Part shown: piece by piece, positions 9,222-19,734 of the stretch | How positions within the stretch are numbered: the first letter of the stretch is position 1 | How the letters are laid out: the number at the start of each line of letters is the position of its first letter | Origin: an uncultured Bacteroidaceae bacterium | Lineage (GTDB): Bacteria; Bacteroidota; Bacteroidia; Bacteroidales; SM23-62 | DNA: 64,000 nt | Reading direction: 5' to 3' | Assembly: GCA_964420035.1 (NCBI GenBank) | Contig: CAYQQR010000009.1 | Coordinates: forward strand, 32,055 to 96,054 | Translations under genes and position numbers: made by a program | The notes under the pieces: model-generated | What the model was told of the DNA's origin: nothing | The model's input: the letters and a program-made list of their open reading frames with translations, nothing else | Database searches by the model: none

Positions 9222-10169
9222 ATGCTTAGCAGGAGATATTTAAGAATAAAAACCTTTCAGATCCTTTATGCCCACTATCGTTCGGGCATAAAAACCATAA
9301 ATCAGTCTGAAAAGGAACTGCTTCACAGCATTGAGAAATCCAGACAGCTTTATTATTTGTTACTGATCTTACTGGTGGACATGGTGCAATACATCCGGGA
9401 AAGGATTGACCTGGCCCGGCAAAAACGGATTCGCGGACCTGAAGACATCAATCCCAATACCCGCTTCGTGAATAATAAATTAATCACACTTATCGAGGAC
9501 AATGTCCACCTGAGAAAAATCATAGAGCAGGAAAAACACTCCTGGGTAAATCATCCGGAAATGATCAGGAAGCTATTTGAGCTCTTTGCTGATACTGATA
9601 TCTACAAAGAATACATGGCAGGTCCGGAGCCCGGTTTTGCTGAAGATAAGAAGGTAGTGATTGATTTTTACAGGTACGTGGTTTATAATTACGAGGACCT
9701 GTACCAGGTGCTTGAGGAAATGAGCATTTACTGGAATGATGAGGCAGATTTCATGATTGAAATGCTTATCAAGGTGATCAAAAAATGCAAGAGTGAAGAT
9801 ACTGAACCGGATTGGTTGGCTTATCCATCAATAGACAAGGAAGATATAGACTTTGTAAAGAAGCTGTTCAGAAAAAGTATTCTTAAGGAAGAAGATTATA
9901 CCGGCTTGATCAATAGCTCGGTAAAAAACTGGGAGCTTGAAAGAATTGCTTTCGTCGACAGATTATTAATGCAAATAGCCATTACCGAGATAACCGAATT
10001 TCCTAACATTCCCACCAAGGTCAGTTTGAATGAGTACATTGAAATTGCCAAATATTACAGCACCATTAAAAGCAGTAACTTCATTAATGGGATTCTGGAC
10101 AACATCATTCAAAAATTAAAAAAAGACAATAAACTTTTCAAAAGCGGCCGGGGATTGATAGGAGAATAA
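9222..10169 (+). CDS. nusB: transcription antitermination factor NusB (long Bacteroidota form)
   Basis: N-terminal RRYLRIKTFQILYAH and a C-terminal NusB core (WELERIAFVDRLLMQIAITEI..FPNIPTKVSLNEYIEIAKYYS..KSSNFINGILD). Confidence 0.85.
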   Translation: MLSRRYLRIKTFQILYAHYRSGIKTINQSEKELLHSIEKSRQLYYLLLILLVDMVQYIRERIDLARQKRIRGPEDINPNTRFVNNKLITLIEDNVHLRKIIEQEKHSWVNHPEMIRKLFELFADTDIYKEYMAGPEPGFAEDKKVVIDFYRYVVYNYEDLYQVLEEMSIYWNDEADFMIEMLIKVIKKCKSEDTEPDWLAYPSIDKEDIDFVKKLFRKSILKEEDYTGLINSSVKNWELERIAFVDRLLMQIAITEITEFPNIPTKVSLNEYIEIAKYYSTIKSSNFINGILDNIIQKLKKDNKLFKSGRGLIGE

Positions 10170-10222
10170 TGATGTTGCCAGGGTTGGTTTTTATTACTTA
10201 CTTTGCATGATCATTTGACAAT

Positions 10223-10651
10223 ATGAACCGGTATATTGGGTTTATTCTATTGCTTTTGTCCGGACTCTTCTCATGCCAGATGCCTGACGAGAAGAATAAT
10301 TCGGCAGAAAATCAGACTGTGCAGGGAGGACATCCGGAGATAGATTTCATTACGGTGCAACATGATTTTGGTGAGATCACCGAAGGTGAAAAGGTGGCCT
10401 ACAGCTATTTTTTCACCAATACCGGGGAAGCTCCCCTTATTATCAACCGGGTAGATGCCGGTTGTGGTTGCACGGCTCCCGAATGGACCGATGAACCCGT
10501 ATCAGCCGGTGAAAAAGGTTTTGTAAAAGTGGTATTCGACAGCAGTGACCGATGGGGAAGGCAGAATAAATCAGTTAGTGTCAGAAGCAATGCCGTCGAT
10601 AATCCGGTCGTGGTCCTTCGTTTTACAGCGGAAATAATCAATACGCAATAA
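10223..10651 (+). CDS. DUF1573 domain lipoprotein
   Basis: Lipobox LFSC and the hallmark GCGCTAPEW motif. Confidence 0.85.
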   Translation: MNRYIGFILLLLSGLFSCQMPDEKNNSAENQTVQGGHPEIDFITVQHDFGEITEGEKVAYSYFFTNTGEAPLIINRVDAGCGCTAPEWTDEPVSAGEKGFVKVVFDSSDRWGRQNKSVSVRSNAVDNPVVVLRFTAEIINTQ

Positions 10652-10674
10652 TTTTATTTACTAATTAAGAAAAA

Positions 10675-10992
10675 ATGGATCTATTTATTCTATTGCAAGC
10701 ACAGCAGCCGGGAGGGAATCCTTTAACATCCTTTTTACCCCTAATCCTGATCATACTGGTATTTTATTTCTTCATGATCCGGCCCCAGGTAAGAAGGCAA
10801 AAAGAGCTGAAGAATTACAGGAGACAGTTGTCCAAAGGAGACAAGATTGTCACCACAGGTGGAATCTATGGAAAAGTAACAGACGTTAAAGAACAGTCGG
10901 TGACGGTTGAGATCTCAGATAATATCCGGGTAAAGATTGATAAAAACGCGGTTTTGAGAGACACTTCAGATCTGGGTAGTCAGCAAAAATAA
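10675..10992 (+). CDS. yajC: preprotein translocase subunit YajC
   Basis: 105 aa with a single TM helix. FFMIRPQVRRQKE and GDKIVTTGGIYGKV motifs. Confidence 0.9.
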   Translation: MDLFILLQAQQPGGNPLTSFLPLILIILVFYFFMIRPQVRRQKELKNYRRQLSKGDKIVTTGGIYGKVTDVKEQSVTVEISDNIRVKIDKNAVLRDTSDLGSQQK

Positions 10993-10993
10993 A

Positions 10994-11030
10994 TGGTTCT
11001 CGGTTCTCGGTTAATTGTTCCGGGTTTTTA
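10994..11030. repeat. period-7 array (GGTTCTC word) after the yajC stop
   Basis: ggttctc|ggttctc|ggttaat|tgttccg|ggttttt. Confidence 0.7.
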
Positions 11031-11063
11031 ATCAAGTTCTGATTCTTTGATGAACTTTTGTAT

Positions 11064-12092
11064 ATGGAGGATAAAAAACGTCGGGATAGTATTGAGTCCA
11101 GGTTGTTCAGGCCTTTTTTCCGACTGACGCAAAGGGAAAAGGTGAAACTGACCAGGCGCCTCTCCATTTTTGTATTTTTTGTTCTCGTATCCGTTTTACT
11201 CTGGTTTATCAATGCGCTGGGAAAGGACTACAATACAGAACTTAGCTATCCGGTTCGTTATGTGAATATGCCCCGTAACAAAATACTGGTTAATAATCCA
11301 CCGGATCAACTCATTATTACTGTCAATGGATACGGCTATACCCTGCTTCGCTATAAGCTGGGTGCCCGTGAATTACCTCTTGTATTCAATGTTAATTCAT
11401 TTGCACTGAACCGCGTTGATACCGGTCAGGGTGACTATTTTTTCATTTTGTCGGATTTTGCCAAGGGCCGGCTCGAAAGTCAACTGCCGGGTGAATTCGA
11501 GATACTTGATATCCAACCTGATTCTTTGGTATTTCATTTAACCGATATATCCAGAAAAATGGTACCTGTGCGATCCCTGGTGGAAATCGAACTGGAGAAA
11601 CAGTTCATGCTCCGGGGTAAACCGAAAATTGAACCGGACAGCATACAGGTGGGCGGTCCCCAAAATATTATAGATACCCTGAATGCAGTATATACTGAAG
11701 AAATAAAAATCCGTTCCCTGGATAAATCAACCTCTCTGACCGTTGAACTGAAGCCTGTTCCGAAAGTTCAATTTGGAGTTCCAGGAGTAAACCTGAGCCT
11801 GCAAGTCGAAAAATATACAGAATCCGGTTTTAAGGTTCCACTCGAGACCATCAATGTTCCCGATTCTCTTGTCATGAAAACTTTCCCATCTGCAGTAGAT
11901 GTTTCATTTTACGTGGGACTTGATAATTATGAGTCTGTGCAACCCGGCTTATTTCATGCATATGTAGATTATAAAAACATTGAGGATTTGACAGAAAACC
12001 GAATTCCCGTAGTTCTTGACCGGGTTCCGGAAGCTGTTTCCAACGTGAAGTACGGTCCTAGAGAGGTAGAGTTTATCATCGAGAAAAAATGA
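11064..12092 (+). CDS. YbbR-like domain protein
   Basis: N-terminal TM helix followed by repeated beta-rich YbbR-type segments. The position upstream of coaE is common in Bacteroidota. Start taken at the first ATG (track start 11058 is TTG). Confidence 0.6.
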   Translation: MEDKKRRDSIESRLFRPFFRLTQREKVKLTRRLSIFVFFVLVSVLLWFINALGKDYNTELSYPVRYVNMPRNKILVNNPPDQLIITVNGYGYTLLRYKLGARELPLVFNVNSFALNRVDTGQGDYFFILSDFAKGRLESQLPGEFEILDIQPDSLVFHLTDISRKMVPVRSLVEIELEKQFMLRGKPKIEPDSIQVGGPQNIIDTLNAVYTEEIKIRSLDKSTSLTVELKPVPKVQFGVPGVNLSLQVEKYTESGFKVPLETINVPDSLVMKTFPSAVDVSFYVGLDNYESVQPGLFHAYVDYKNIEDLTENRIPVVLDRVPEAVSNVKYGPREVEFIIEKK

Positions 12093-12685
12093 AAATCCTG
12101 GGGATTACGGGAGGAATAGGTAGCGGCAAAAGCCTGGTAAGTTCTGTCTTTGTCCGGTTGGGAGTGCCTGTTTATTATGCCGATAAGGCCGGAAAACAAA
12201 TATTGGCAGGGAATCCTGAAGTTAAGGAAAAAGTCGTGGAAATACTGGGTCTGGAAAGTTATTCCGGTGAAAAGCCAAATAATAAGTATATTGCCAACCG
12301 CGTGTTCAATGATGGAAGTAAACTGGAAGAATTGAACCGAATCATTCACCCGGCCGTTCGTCAGGATTTCCTCGAGTGGCTGAAACAACAGTTTCAAAAT
12401 AAATATGTTATTGAGGAAGCGGCCATTCTGTTTGAATCGGGAGCATGGAAATTCATGGATAAGATCCTTGCAGTTATTGCTCCGGATGAACTTCGAATAA
12501 AACGAGTCATGAAACGGGACGGAGTGAGCAGGCAAGATGTTCTAAGAAGAATGGAGCAACAGTGGCCACAGGATGAATTGGCCAAACGTTGTGATTTTTT
12601 GATACATAATGACGGTAGTCAGTTAATATTGCCCCAAATTCTTCAGATACACGATAAAATGTCGAATAAAAACCAGGAAGGATAA
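12089..12685 (+). CDS. coaE: dephospho-CoA kinase
   Basis: P-loop ILGITGGIGSGKS and a length of about 198 aa. ATGA overlap with the upstream gene. Confidence 0.9.
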   Translation: MKILGITGGIGSGKSLVSSVFVRLGVPVYYADKAGKQILAGNPEVKEKVVEILGLESYSGEKPNNKYIANRVFNDGSKLEELNRIIHPAVRQDFLEWLKQQFQNKYVIEEAAILFESGAWKFMDKILAVIAPDELRIKRVMKRDGVSRQDVLRRMEQQWPQDELAKRCDFLIHNDGSQLILPQILQIHDKMSNKNQEG

Positions 12686-12688
12686 TTG

Positions 12689-13414
12689 ATGGCAAAATTT
12701 GGCAAGTGGATTGGTGCAGGACTGGGTTGGGCTTTCGGGGGTCCCATAGGGGGCTTGCTGGGCTTTGCTGTCGGTTCTATGTTTGACGCAACAAGTTTCA
12801 GTACCGGTGAGGTGAAGCAGGAACACAGGACCACTACCGGCGATTTTGTCATGAGTCTCCTGGTTTTGGTCGCTGCCATGATGAAGGCCGATGGCAGGGT
12901 TACCCGGTCAGAACTCAACTACGTTAAATCCTACTTTATCCGGTCTTTTGGTGAGGCTTCAGCACGGGAGGCTGTTCGCATGCTCGGGGACCTGGTCAAA
13001 CAAAACATACCTGTAGGCGATGTCAGCAGACAAATTAGAAAAAGCCTTGATTATTCCTCTCGATTGCAATTACTGCATTTCCTGTATGGTATCTCACAGG
13101 CCGACCAACGGATCCATCCTGAAGAGATCAGACTGATCGATCACATAGCCGTTCAGATGGGTATCAGTGAAGCCGACCGGAATTCCATCAAATCCATGTT
13201 CGTTAAATCAACCGATGCTGCCTATAAAATATTGGAAATCGATCCTTCAGCCCATGATGAAGAAGTGAAAAAAGCCTACAGGAAAATAGCCAACAAATAC
13301 CATCCGGATAAGGTTTCTTATCTTGGGGAAGAATTTAAGGAAGTTGCCCATGAAAAATTTCAAAAAGTGAATGAAGCATATAATGTCATTAAAGAAGAAC
13401 GGGGAATTTCTTAG
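12689..13414 (+). CDS. TerB-like domain plus C-terminal J-domain co-chaperone (DjlA-like)
   Basis: Gly-rich membrane N-terminus, a TerB-like middle region, and a C-terminal J domain (AYKILEIDPSAHDEEVKKAYRKIANKYHPDK). Confidence 0.8.
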   Translation: MAKFGKWIGAGLGWAFGGPIGGLLGFAVGSMFDATSFSTGEVKQEHRTTTGDFVMSLLVLVAAMMKADGRVTRSELNYVKSYFIRSFGEASAREAVRMLGDLVKQNIPVGDVSRQIRKSLDYSSRLQLLHFLYGISQADQRIHPEEIRLIDHIAVQMGISEADRNSIKSMFVKSTDAAYKILEIDPSAHDEEVKKAYRKIANKYHPDKVSYLGEEFKEVAHEKFQKVNEAYNVIKEERGIS

Positions 13415-13500
13415 GTCACAGAGTAAAATTGAGTTACACGAAGCAGTTTGATCATTTTTCTCTGTGGTTCTCCTTTTTCTCTGTGCTTCTGTGAATCCTA
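13415..13500. repeat. period-7 array (CTCTGTG word) with opposed cacagag arm
   Basis: ctctgtg|gttctcc|tttttct|ctgtgct|tctgtga. The complementary cacagag lies at 13417-13423. Confidence 0.65.
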
Positions 13501-13533
13501 AAGCAATTAATAAATAAATCAAACAATCAATAA

Positions 13534-13992
13534 ATGCTCAAAGATTATCTGGCCATATCAGGACAGCCCGGTCTGTTTAAATTCATATCCGATGCACGGA
13601 ACGGGATCATCGTGGAATCCCTTCTGACCGGCAAAAGAATGCATGTAAGCGCTGCCGCACAGGTCAGCTCCCTGGAAGATATTGCTGTTTACACCGAAAC
13701 GGAAGACCTGCCTCTCAGGGAAGTCTTAAAGAAGATCCTTGAAAAAGAGGAGGGAGGCCCGTCCATCAACCACAAATCGGATCCGGAAACATTGAGATTC
13801 TACTTCAGGACAATTCTTCCGGAATATGATCCGTCCCGGGTTTACGTGTCTGACATAAAAAAGGTGATCCAATGGTATAATATCCTGCAGGAGAAAGAAC
13901 TATTGAACTTTAAAGAGGAAAAAGCAAAAGAAGAAGAAAAAACAAAAAAAGAAGAGAAAACCGAAAAGGCGGAAGAGAAAAAAAATCAATAA
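13534..13992 (+). CDS. DUF5606 domain protein
   Basis: The N-terminus LKDYLAISGQPGLFKFIS.ARNGIIVESL..GKR is typical of this Bacteroidota family. Lys/Glu-rich tail. Confidence 0.65.
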   Translation: MLKDYLAISGQPGLFKFISDARNGIIVESLLTGKRMHVSAAAQVSSLEDIAVYTETEDLPLREVLKKILEKEEGGPSINHKSDPETLRFYFRTILPEYDPSRVYVSDIKKVIQWYNILQEKELLNFKEEKAKEEEKTKKEEKTEKAEEKKNQ

Positions 13993-14130
13993 AGAAAAAG
14001 TAATTGACTCTCCTGGCGGCAAGCAGCAAGGAACCTTTAGCCCGGCGGAGCCAATCATCGATTAATTGTTTATTTTAATGGTGCTCGCTTACCCCGCGGC
14101 AGAGCAACGGGGAACGCGCTCGCGTAATTC

Positions 14131-14177
14131 AATTTAGAATTTCGTTTCGAATCTCGAATTTAGAATTTAGAATTTCC
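14131..14177. repeat. AGAATTT heptamer array overlapping the mazG stop codon
   Basis: aatttagaatttcgtttcgaatctcgaatttagaatttagaatttcc. The last four mazG codons and the stop (NSKF*) are encoded by the array. Confidence 0.8.
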
Positions 14178-14945
14178 ATCTTTTGCTTCCTCCCAAATCT
14201 TATCCATTTCCCCAAGGGTCATGTCTTTGAGTGACCGGCCCTTGAGCAGGGTTTGTTCTTCCAGGTAGTTAAATCGCTGAATGAACTTTTTATTCGTTTT
14301 TTCAAGGGCGGTTTCCGGATCAATGCCGTATAATCGTGCCGCGTTGATCAGGGAAAAGAAAAGATCGCCGAATTCCTGTTCCGTTTTTTCCTTGTCACCG
14401 CTTTCCACCTCATCTTTTAATTCCTCTATTTCTTCACATACTTTGTCCCATATCTGGTATCTTTTATCCCAATCAAATCCTACGGCTCTTGCTTTTTCCT
14501 GTATACGGCTGGCCTTGATCATGCTGGGAAGTCCTTCAGGGACGCCGCTGAGGACTTTTTTCCCTTCCCGCATCTTTAATTCTTCCCAGTTTTTTTTCAC
14601 ATCCCGATCGTCCTTCACCACTACATCGCCATAAATATGCGGATGCCGGTAAACCAGTTTCTGGTTCAGGGATTGCATGACATCGGCTATGTCAAAGGCT
14701 TTTTTTTCTTCGGCAATCTTTGCATAGAATACAATATGCAACATCAGGTCACCCAGCTCCTTGCATATATCTTGCAGATCCTGCCTGGTGATGGCCTCGG
14801 CCAGTTCGTAAGTTTCTTCAATGGTCAGGCTCCGAAGGGATTCCAGGGTTTGTTTCCGGTCCCAGGGGCATTTCTCCCTGAGCTCGTTCATGATCTCCAG
14901 TAGTTCTCTGAAAGCTGTTAATCTTTCTTCCATGGAATTTTTCAT
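14160..14945 (-). CDS. mazG: nucleoside triphosphate pyrophosphohydrolase MazG
   Basis: Tandem MazG domains with LREKCPWDRKQT, EETYEL and ELGD(L) motifs. 261 aa. Confidence 0.9.
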   Translation of the reverse strand: MKNSMEERLTAFRELLEIMNELREKCPWDRKQTLESLRSLTIEETYELAEAITRQDLQDICKELGDLMLHIVFYAKIAEEKKAFDIADVMQSLNQKLVYRHPHIYGDVVVKDDRDVKKNWEELKMREGKKVLSGVPEGLPSMIKASRIQEKARAVGFDWDKRYQIWDKVCEEIEELKDEVESGDKEKTEQEFGDLFFSLINAARLYGIDPETALEKTNKKFIQRFNYLEEQTLLKGRSLKDMTLGEMDKIWEEAKDGNSKF

Positions 14946-14948
14946 ACT

Positions 14949-15725
14949 TCAATCTTTAAATTTAACCCGTACATTCGAGTTGACCTGTAAACTCAGTAAA
15001 TCTGCAGCATTGCCCCGGTTGATTGCTATCTCCAATAATCCGCAGGAATTAAACAGGGCCAGTAATTCACCGGGCGGGCTCTCGTGATAGAAATGATTGA
15101 TCTTACTGATCTTATAGTGATTGCTGTGGATGAATATTTCGAATTTCTTTCCTTTGCCCACCCTGTTGAACAAATCCTGGCTGATATTGGTTATGGCGTT
15201 TTTAAAACTGTCAATATGGATCACACTGCCGTTGATCACCTTATCGTCGATAACGGCACGCATCGGGGTAGATTTCTGATAATCCCTGACCGCTTTGCCC
15301 AGTTGTTCCATTCTTTCTCCCTTCGCCAGCCTGCATGCTGCCCGTGCAAATACATCCAGACCAATAAAACTGGTAGCTTCACCGGGTGTTTCCAGGGCAA
15401 TGATCTTCGCGGGATCCTCTCTGCACAGCAATCCGAAAACACCACTATCTGAGGCAAGGAAATATTGATCCTGGTAGGCTACTGCCAGATAATGCTTACC
15501 GGATTCTACTTCACTGTTCACGGCTATGATATGAATGGTTCCGGCCGGGAAATGCGGATAGGAATTACGGAGTATGAAAGCCGCCTGTCCAATGTTGAAG
15601 GATTGAATGTTATGGGATACATCAACGACCGTAGCCTCAGGATAATCTTTCAGAATCCTGCCTTTCAGGACCGCGAGATAAAAATCTTCTCGGTTCCAGT
15701 CGGATGTTATCGTAATAATCGGCAT
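14949..15725 (-). CDS. SAM hydrolase / SAM-dependent halogenase family protein (DUF62)
   Basis: The N-terminus IITITSDWN and overall length of about 258 aa fit the family, along with the later GTIHIIAV and LLEIAIN blocks. Confidence 0.75.
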   Translation of the reverse strand: MPIITITSDWNREDFYLAVLKGRILKDYPEATVVDVSHNIQSFNIGQAAFILRNSYPHFPAGTIHIIAVNSEVESGKHYLAVAYQDQYFLASDSGVFGLLCREDPAKIIALETPGEATSFIGLDVFARAACRLAKGERMEQLGKAVRDYQKSTPMRAVIDDKVINGSVIHIDSFKNAITNISQDLFNRVGKGKKFEIFIHSNHYKISKINHFYHESPPGELLALFNSCGLLEIAINRGNAADLLSLQVNSNVRVKFKD

Positions 15726-15815
15726 AGCCCCTTTGGTAGCTTTAGCTTTATTGGATTATGAGAAAAATAAACTTATTTTGTAGTCTTCAAAAGTAAATAT
15801 TCTTCCGCAATATTA

Positions 15816-16769
15816 ATGATGGAGAAAAGCATATATTTGGAAGGTGTCGATCCGGTTTGGTTTTGGGGTGTGAAGAACGAAAGGTTCAAGAAGTTGCAGG
15901 ACACTTTTCCGAAGCTCAAGATCGTGACTCGCGGCAACGAACTTAAAATAGCAGGAGAACCAGGTGAGGTCGAGCGATTTGAGCAGACTGTCGATCAGCT
16001 CATTGAATACTTTCAGCGATTTAACAGAATTGACGAATCGGATGTGGAGAATATTATACACGGCAATGATGCTCAGGAAATTCAGAAAAGGGAAATACCT
16101 GAAGATACTTTGCTTTTTGGAGAATCGGGAAAACCCATCCGGGCCCGTACCGTCAATCAGAAAAAACTTGTAGAGGAATCCAGAAAGCATGACCTGGTTT
16201 TCGCAATCGGACCGGCCGGTACCGGCAAGACTTACACGGCTATTGCCCTCGCGGTTCGTGCTTTGAAGTACAGGGAAGTAAAACGCATCATACTCACAAG
16301 GCCGGCCGTTGAAGCCGGTGAAAAGTTGGGATTCTTACCCGGGGACTATAAGGAAAAATTGGATCCATACCTGCAACCGCTCTATGATGCCCTGGACGAT
16401 ATGATCCCATCGAAGAAGCTGAAATATCTGCTTGAAGACAAAACCATACAGATTGCCCCCCTTGCCTATATGCGCGGCAGGACCCTGGATAATGCCTTTG
16501 TAATCCTGGACGAGGCTCAAAATGCTACAGAAAGCCAGCTGAAAATGTTTTTGACCCGTATGGGACGAACCGCAAAATTCATCTTAACAGGAGATATAAC
16601 CCAAATCGATTTACCGGACAAAAAAGATTCCGGGTTGGTTTATACTTTAAATCTGCTCAAAAATGTCAAGGGACTGAGCACTGTTTATTTTGACGACCGG
16701 GATATTATTCGCCACAAACTTGTAAAATATATTGTAGCAGCATACAATAAGAATCCCGAAAAAGATTAA
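15816..16769 (+). CDS. phoH: PhoH-family ATPase
   Basis: Walker A (GPAGTGKTY), ILTRPAVEAGEKLGFLPG and AFVILDEAQN motifs. Confidence 0.9.
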   Translation: MMEKSIYLEGVDPVWFWGVKNERFKKLQDTFPKLKIVTRGNELKIAGEPGEVERFEQTVDQLIEYFQRFNRIDESDVENIIHGNDAQEIQKREIPEDTLLFGESGKPIRARTVNQKKLVEESRKHDLVFAIGPAGTGKTYTAIALAVRALKYREVKRIILTRPAVEAGEKLGFLPGDYKEKLDPYLQPLYDALDDMIPSKKLKYLLEDKTIQIAPLAYMRGRTLDNAFVILDEAQNATESQLKMFLTRMGRTAKFILTGDITQIDLPDKKDSGLVYTLNLLKNVKGLSTVYFDDRDIIRHKLVKYIVAAYNKNPEKD

Positions 16770-16787
16770 TTTTTTAAACCAGATAAG

Positions 16788-17735
16788 ATGAATGAAGCAC
16801 TTGTAAAAACAAATTTTCATTTCAAGAACCAGAAAGATGTCTATCACGGAAAGGTCCGGGATGTATATAACATCAATGATGAATTTCTGGTTATGGTCGT
16901 TAGCGACCGTATATCTGCCTTTGATATCGTCCTGCCCAGGGGAATTCCTTTTAAAGGTCAGGTGCTGAACCAGATAGCCAATAAATTTCTGGATGCCACC
17001 AAAGATATTGTTCCCAACTGGAAACTGGCATCACCCGATCCGATGGTCATGGTGGGTCATTATGCCAAACCTTATAAGGTAGAAATGGTGATCCGGGCTT
17101 ATCTGACAGGACATGCATGGAGGGAATACCGTTCGGGAAAAAGATCACTTTGCGGTGTGCCCTTGCCGGAAAACCTGGATGAGCATGATCGATTGCCCGA
17201 ACTCATACTCACACCGACCACCAAGGCAGAAACCGGGCATGATGAGGATATCAGCCGGGACGAGATTCTGGATCAGGGCCTGGTACCTGAAGAGGATTAC
17301 CTCCAGTTGGAATCCTATACCCGAAAATTATTCGAACGGGGAACCCAAATGGCCGCAGATAAGGGATTGATCCTCGTGGATACCAAATATGAATTTGGCA
17401 AAAAAGATGGTACAATTTATTTGATCGATGAGATACATACACCCGATTCTTCGCGTTATTTTTATAAAGACGGTTACGAGGATCGTCAGGAGCGAGGCGA
17501 ACAACAAAAACAACTTTCAAAGGAATTTGTGCGCCAGTGGCTGATCGAACGGGATTTTCAGGGTAAGGAAGGCCAGGTGGTTCCTGAAATGCCGGATGAT
17601 TTCATTCAGAGTGTCTCGGAAAGATACATTGAGTTGTATGAAAAAATTACGGGTGAGAGCTTTCAGAAAGAGGATACCTCGGATATTCAAGCAAGAATTG
17701 AAAGAAACATAAATAATTATTTACAAAGCTTATAG
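16788..17735 (+). CDS. purC: phosphoribosylaminoimidazole-succinocarboxamide synthase (long form)
   Basis: [15 protein letters not shown] and [11 protein letters not shown] motifs. 315 aa. Confidence 0.9.
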   Translation: MNEALVKTNFHFKNQKDVYHGKVRDVYNINDEFLVMVVSDRISAFDIVLPRGIPFKGQVLNQIANKFLDATKDIVPNWKLASPDPMVMVGHYAKPYKVEMVIRAYLTGHAWREYRSGKRSLCGVPLPENLDEHDRLPELILTPTTKAETGHDEDISRDEILDQGLVPEEDYLQLESYTRKLFERGTQMAADKGLILVDTKYEFGKKDGTIYLIDEIHTPDSSRYFYKDGYEDRQERGEQQKQLSKEFVRQWLIERDFQGKEGQVVPEMPDDFIQSVSERYIELYEKITGESFQKEDTSDIQARIERNINNYLQSL

Positions 17736-17742
17736 CTGATAA

Positions 17743-19734
17743 ATGCTTTGCCGCTCCTTCCTCATATTGGTCATCTTATTGAAAATGGCCCAATTGACCT
17801 GTGCTCAGGAGCCGGATAAACCACCGGTCAAAAAATCTGAGAATAAGGTTATACTGGAAGGGAAAGTTTATTACATCCATATCGTTCAGGAGGGACAGAC
17901 CCTTTATTCCATTGCAAGGGCATATGGAGTTACAGAAAGAGATATCGTTCTTGAGAATCCGGATGCTTTTGCAGGACTGCGAACCGGTCAGGTCCTTAAA
18001 ATACCTGAAGAGTCTGTCGTTGAGGAAGTTGAGATTAAGCCTTCCGAGAAATACCTTTACCACGTTATCAAACAAGGAGAGACCCTTTATTTTCTTTCGA
18101 GAAAATACGGGATTCCGGTCGGGACGATAGAAGAACATAACCCCGAGGTAAAATACAGTGATCTGCAAATCGACCAGGTCATCCGTATCCCACGGATCAG
18201 ACAGGATACGATAAAGACCCCGGCAGACAGTACTCCCCAACCCGATTCAACACAGTACGAACAGCATTTTGTTAAGCCGGGACAAACCCTTTTCTCCATT
18301 TCCGGAAAATACGGGGTTTCCATTGAGGACCTTATCGCTGTAAACCCAAGTTTGCAGGAAAAAGAGCTTCAATCCGGTCAATGGATCAATATTCCGGTTC
18401 CATTGATATATGAGTCGCCTGCTGATTCAATGCTTGCGGGAATACTCCCCGGAGATTCCATCCAAATCCACGAACTGCCCGAATATGATCCCCTGAGCTT
18501 TGAAATTATGGAAAGAAAGGTGGATTGCCAGCCTTTGGAGGGCAAACGGCGCTATCTGAACAGGGAATACAATATTGCCCTTCTGTTGCCCCTGATGATC
18601 GAGTCAAATGAGATGCGGGATACCCTGTTCACCAGGGAACAAGATAAAAGCAACCGGGAGAACGTACAAGCCTATTCACTATTGGATCCCAGGAGTGTCA
18701 ATGCCATAGAATTCTATGAGGGCTTTTTGCTCGCGATCGATAGCATAAAGAAAAAGGGCTTGAATATTAACCTCCATGTTTTTGATACAGAAAGAAGTCC
18801 GCAAAACGTGCGGGCAATCCTTTCTAAACCGGATATGACTGACATGGATCTAATCGTGGGGCCCTTCTATTCCTTTAATGTGGAGATTGTTACAGGTTTT
18901 GCCCTGTTTCATCACATCCCCATGGTAAGCCCGGTTTCAACCGACAGGCAGTTCATCAATGGAAATCCTTACGTTTTTCAGTTTTGTCCCTCGGAGATTA
19001 TCGAGACCAAAGCTGCGGCAGAATTTTTGAAAAACCAGGCCGATAAGAACATCCTTATCATCTATTCGGGCGATTCTGCTGAATTGGATATAATCAGGCG
19101 CTATAAGGCCGAGATCCTTAAATCAATGATATTCCAAAGGCCCCTGGAACAAATCGCCTTCAGTACTGTAATCGCCAATGATACCTCAGAGGTGGACCTG
19201 TCTGAATATCTAACCAAGGACAAGGCCAACCTGGTCCTTATCCCTTCAAGCAGCGAGCCTTATGTAAGCACGATAATGGCCCGGCTAAATTTCCAGGAGC
19301 TGGATTATGATATCACCGTATTTGGTCTGCCGGCCTGGGTAAACTTCATAAACATAGACCTGGACTATTTTCACAGGCTCAAGGCCCATTATTTGACCCC
19401 ATTTTATTTTAAACCAGGGGATAAAGAGCTCTGGCCCTTTATGGATAAGACCAGAACGCTGCTGGATCATATTGCCTACAGAACTACGACCAAAGGCTAT
19501 AATTTTTTATATCTGGGATTTGATGTCGGTTACCTTTTCCTTGATGCCTTTATCCGATATGGAGAACATATGCATCACTGTTTCGAAAGGCAAGGCATGA
19601 AATTGTTGTTATCCGATTATCACTTTGAACGGGGCAATCCTTTCAGCGGCTATGAAAACAAGTCCATTCAGTTCGTTGCTTATGATACCGACTTCATGAT
19701 AAGGGTTATCCCCGCCAGGGATTACAGGTACTGA
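17743..19734 (+). CDS. LysM-repeat protein with type-1 periplasmic-binding-protein-like domain
   Basis: Signal peptide, three LysM repeats (HIVQEGQTLYSIARAYGV, HVIKQGETLYFLSRKYGI, HFVKPGQTLFSISGKYGV), then a roughly 400-aa PBP-like region. Confidence 0.75.
   Translation: MLCRSFLILVILLKMAQLTCAQEPDKPPVKKSENKVILEGKVYYIHIVQEGQTLYSIARAYGVTERDIVLENPDAFAGLRTGQVLKIPEESVVEEVEIKPSEKYLYHVIKQGETLYFLSRKYGIPVGTIEEHNPEVKYSDLQIDQVIRIPRIRQDTIKTPADSTPQPDSTQYEQHFVKPGQTLFSISGKYGVSIEDLIAVNPSLQEKELQSGQWINIPVPLIYESPADSMLAGILPGDSIQIHELPEYDPLSFEIMERKVDCQPLEGKRRYLNREYNIALLLPLMIESNEMRDTLFTREQDKSNRENVQAYSLLDPRSVNAIEFYEGFLLAIDSIKKKGLNINLHVFDTERSPQNVRAILSKPDMTDMDLIVGPFYSFNVEIVTGFALFHHIPMVSPVSTDRQFINGNPYVFQFCPSEIIETKAAAEFLKNQADKNILIIYSGDSAELDIIRRYKAEILKSMIFQRPLEQIAFSTVIANDTSEVDLSEYLTKDKANLVLIPSSSEPYVSTIMARLNFQELDYDITVFGLPAWVNFINIDLDYFHRLKAHYLTPFYFKPGDKELWPFMDKTRTLLDHIAYRTTTKGYNFLYLGFDVGYLFLDAFIRYGEHMHHCFERQGMKLLLSDYHFERGNPFSGYENKSIQFVAYDTDFMIRVIPARDYRY

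Noticed and set aside
14131-14160. tRNA-like T-arm string (gtttcgaatctcgaa)
   Set aside because: No acceptor, D or anticodon stems can be drawn around it. It is part of the AGAATTT/CGAATCT repeat array.
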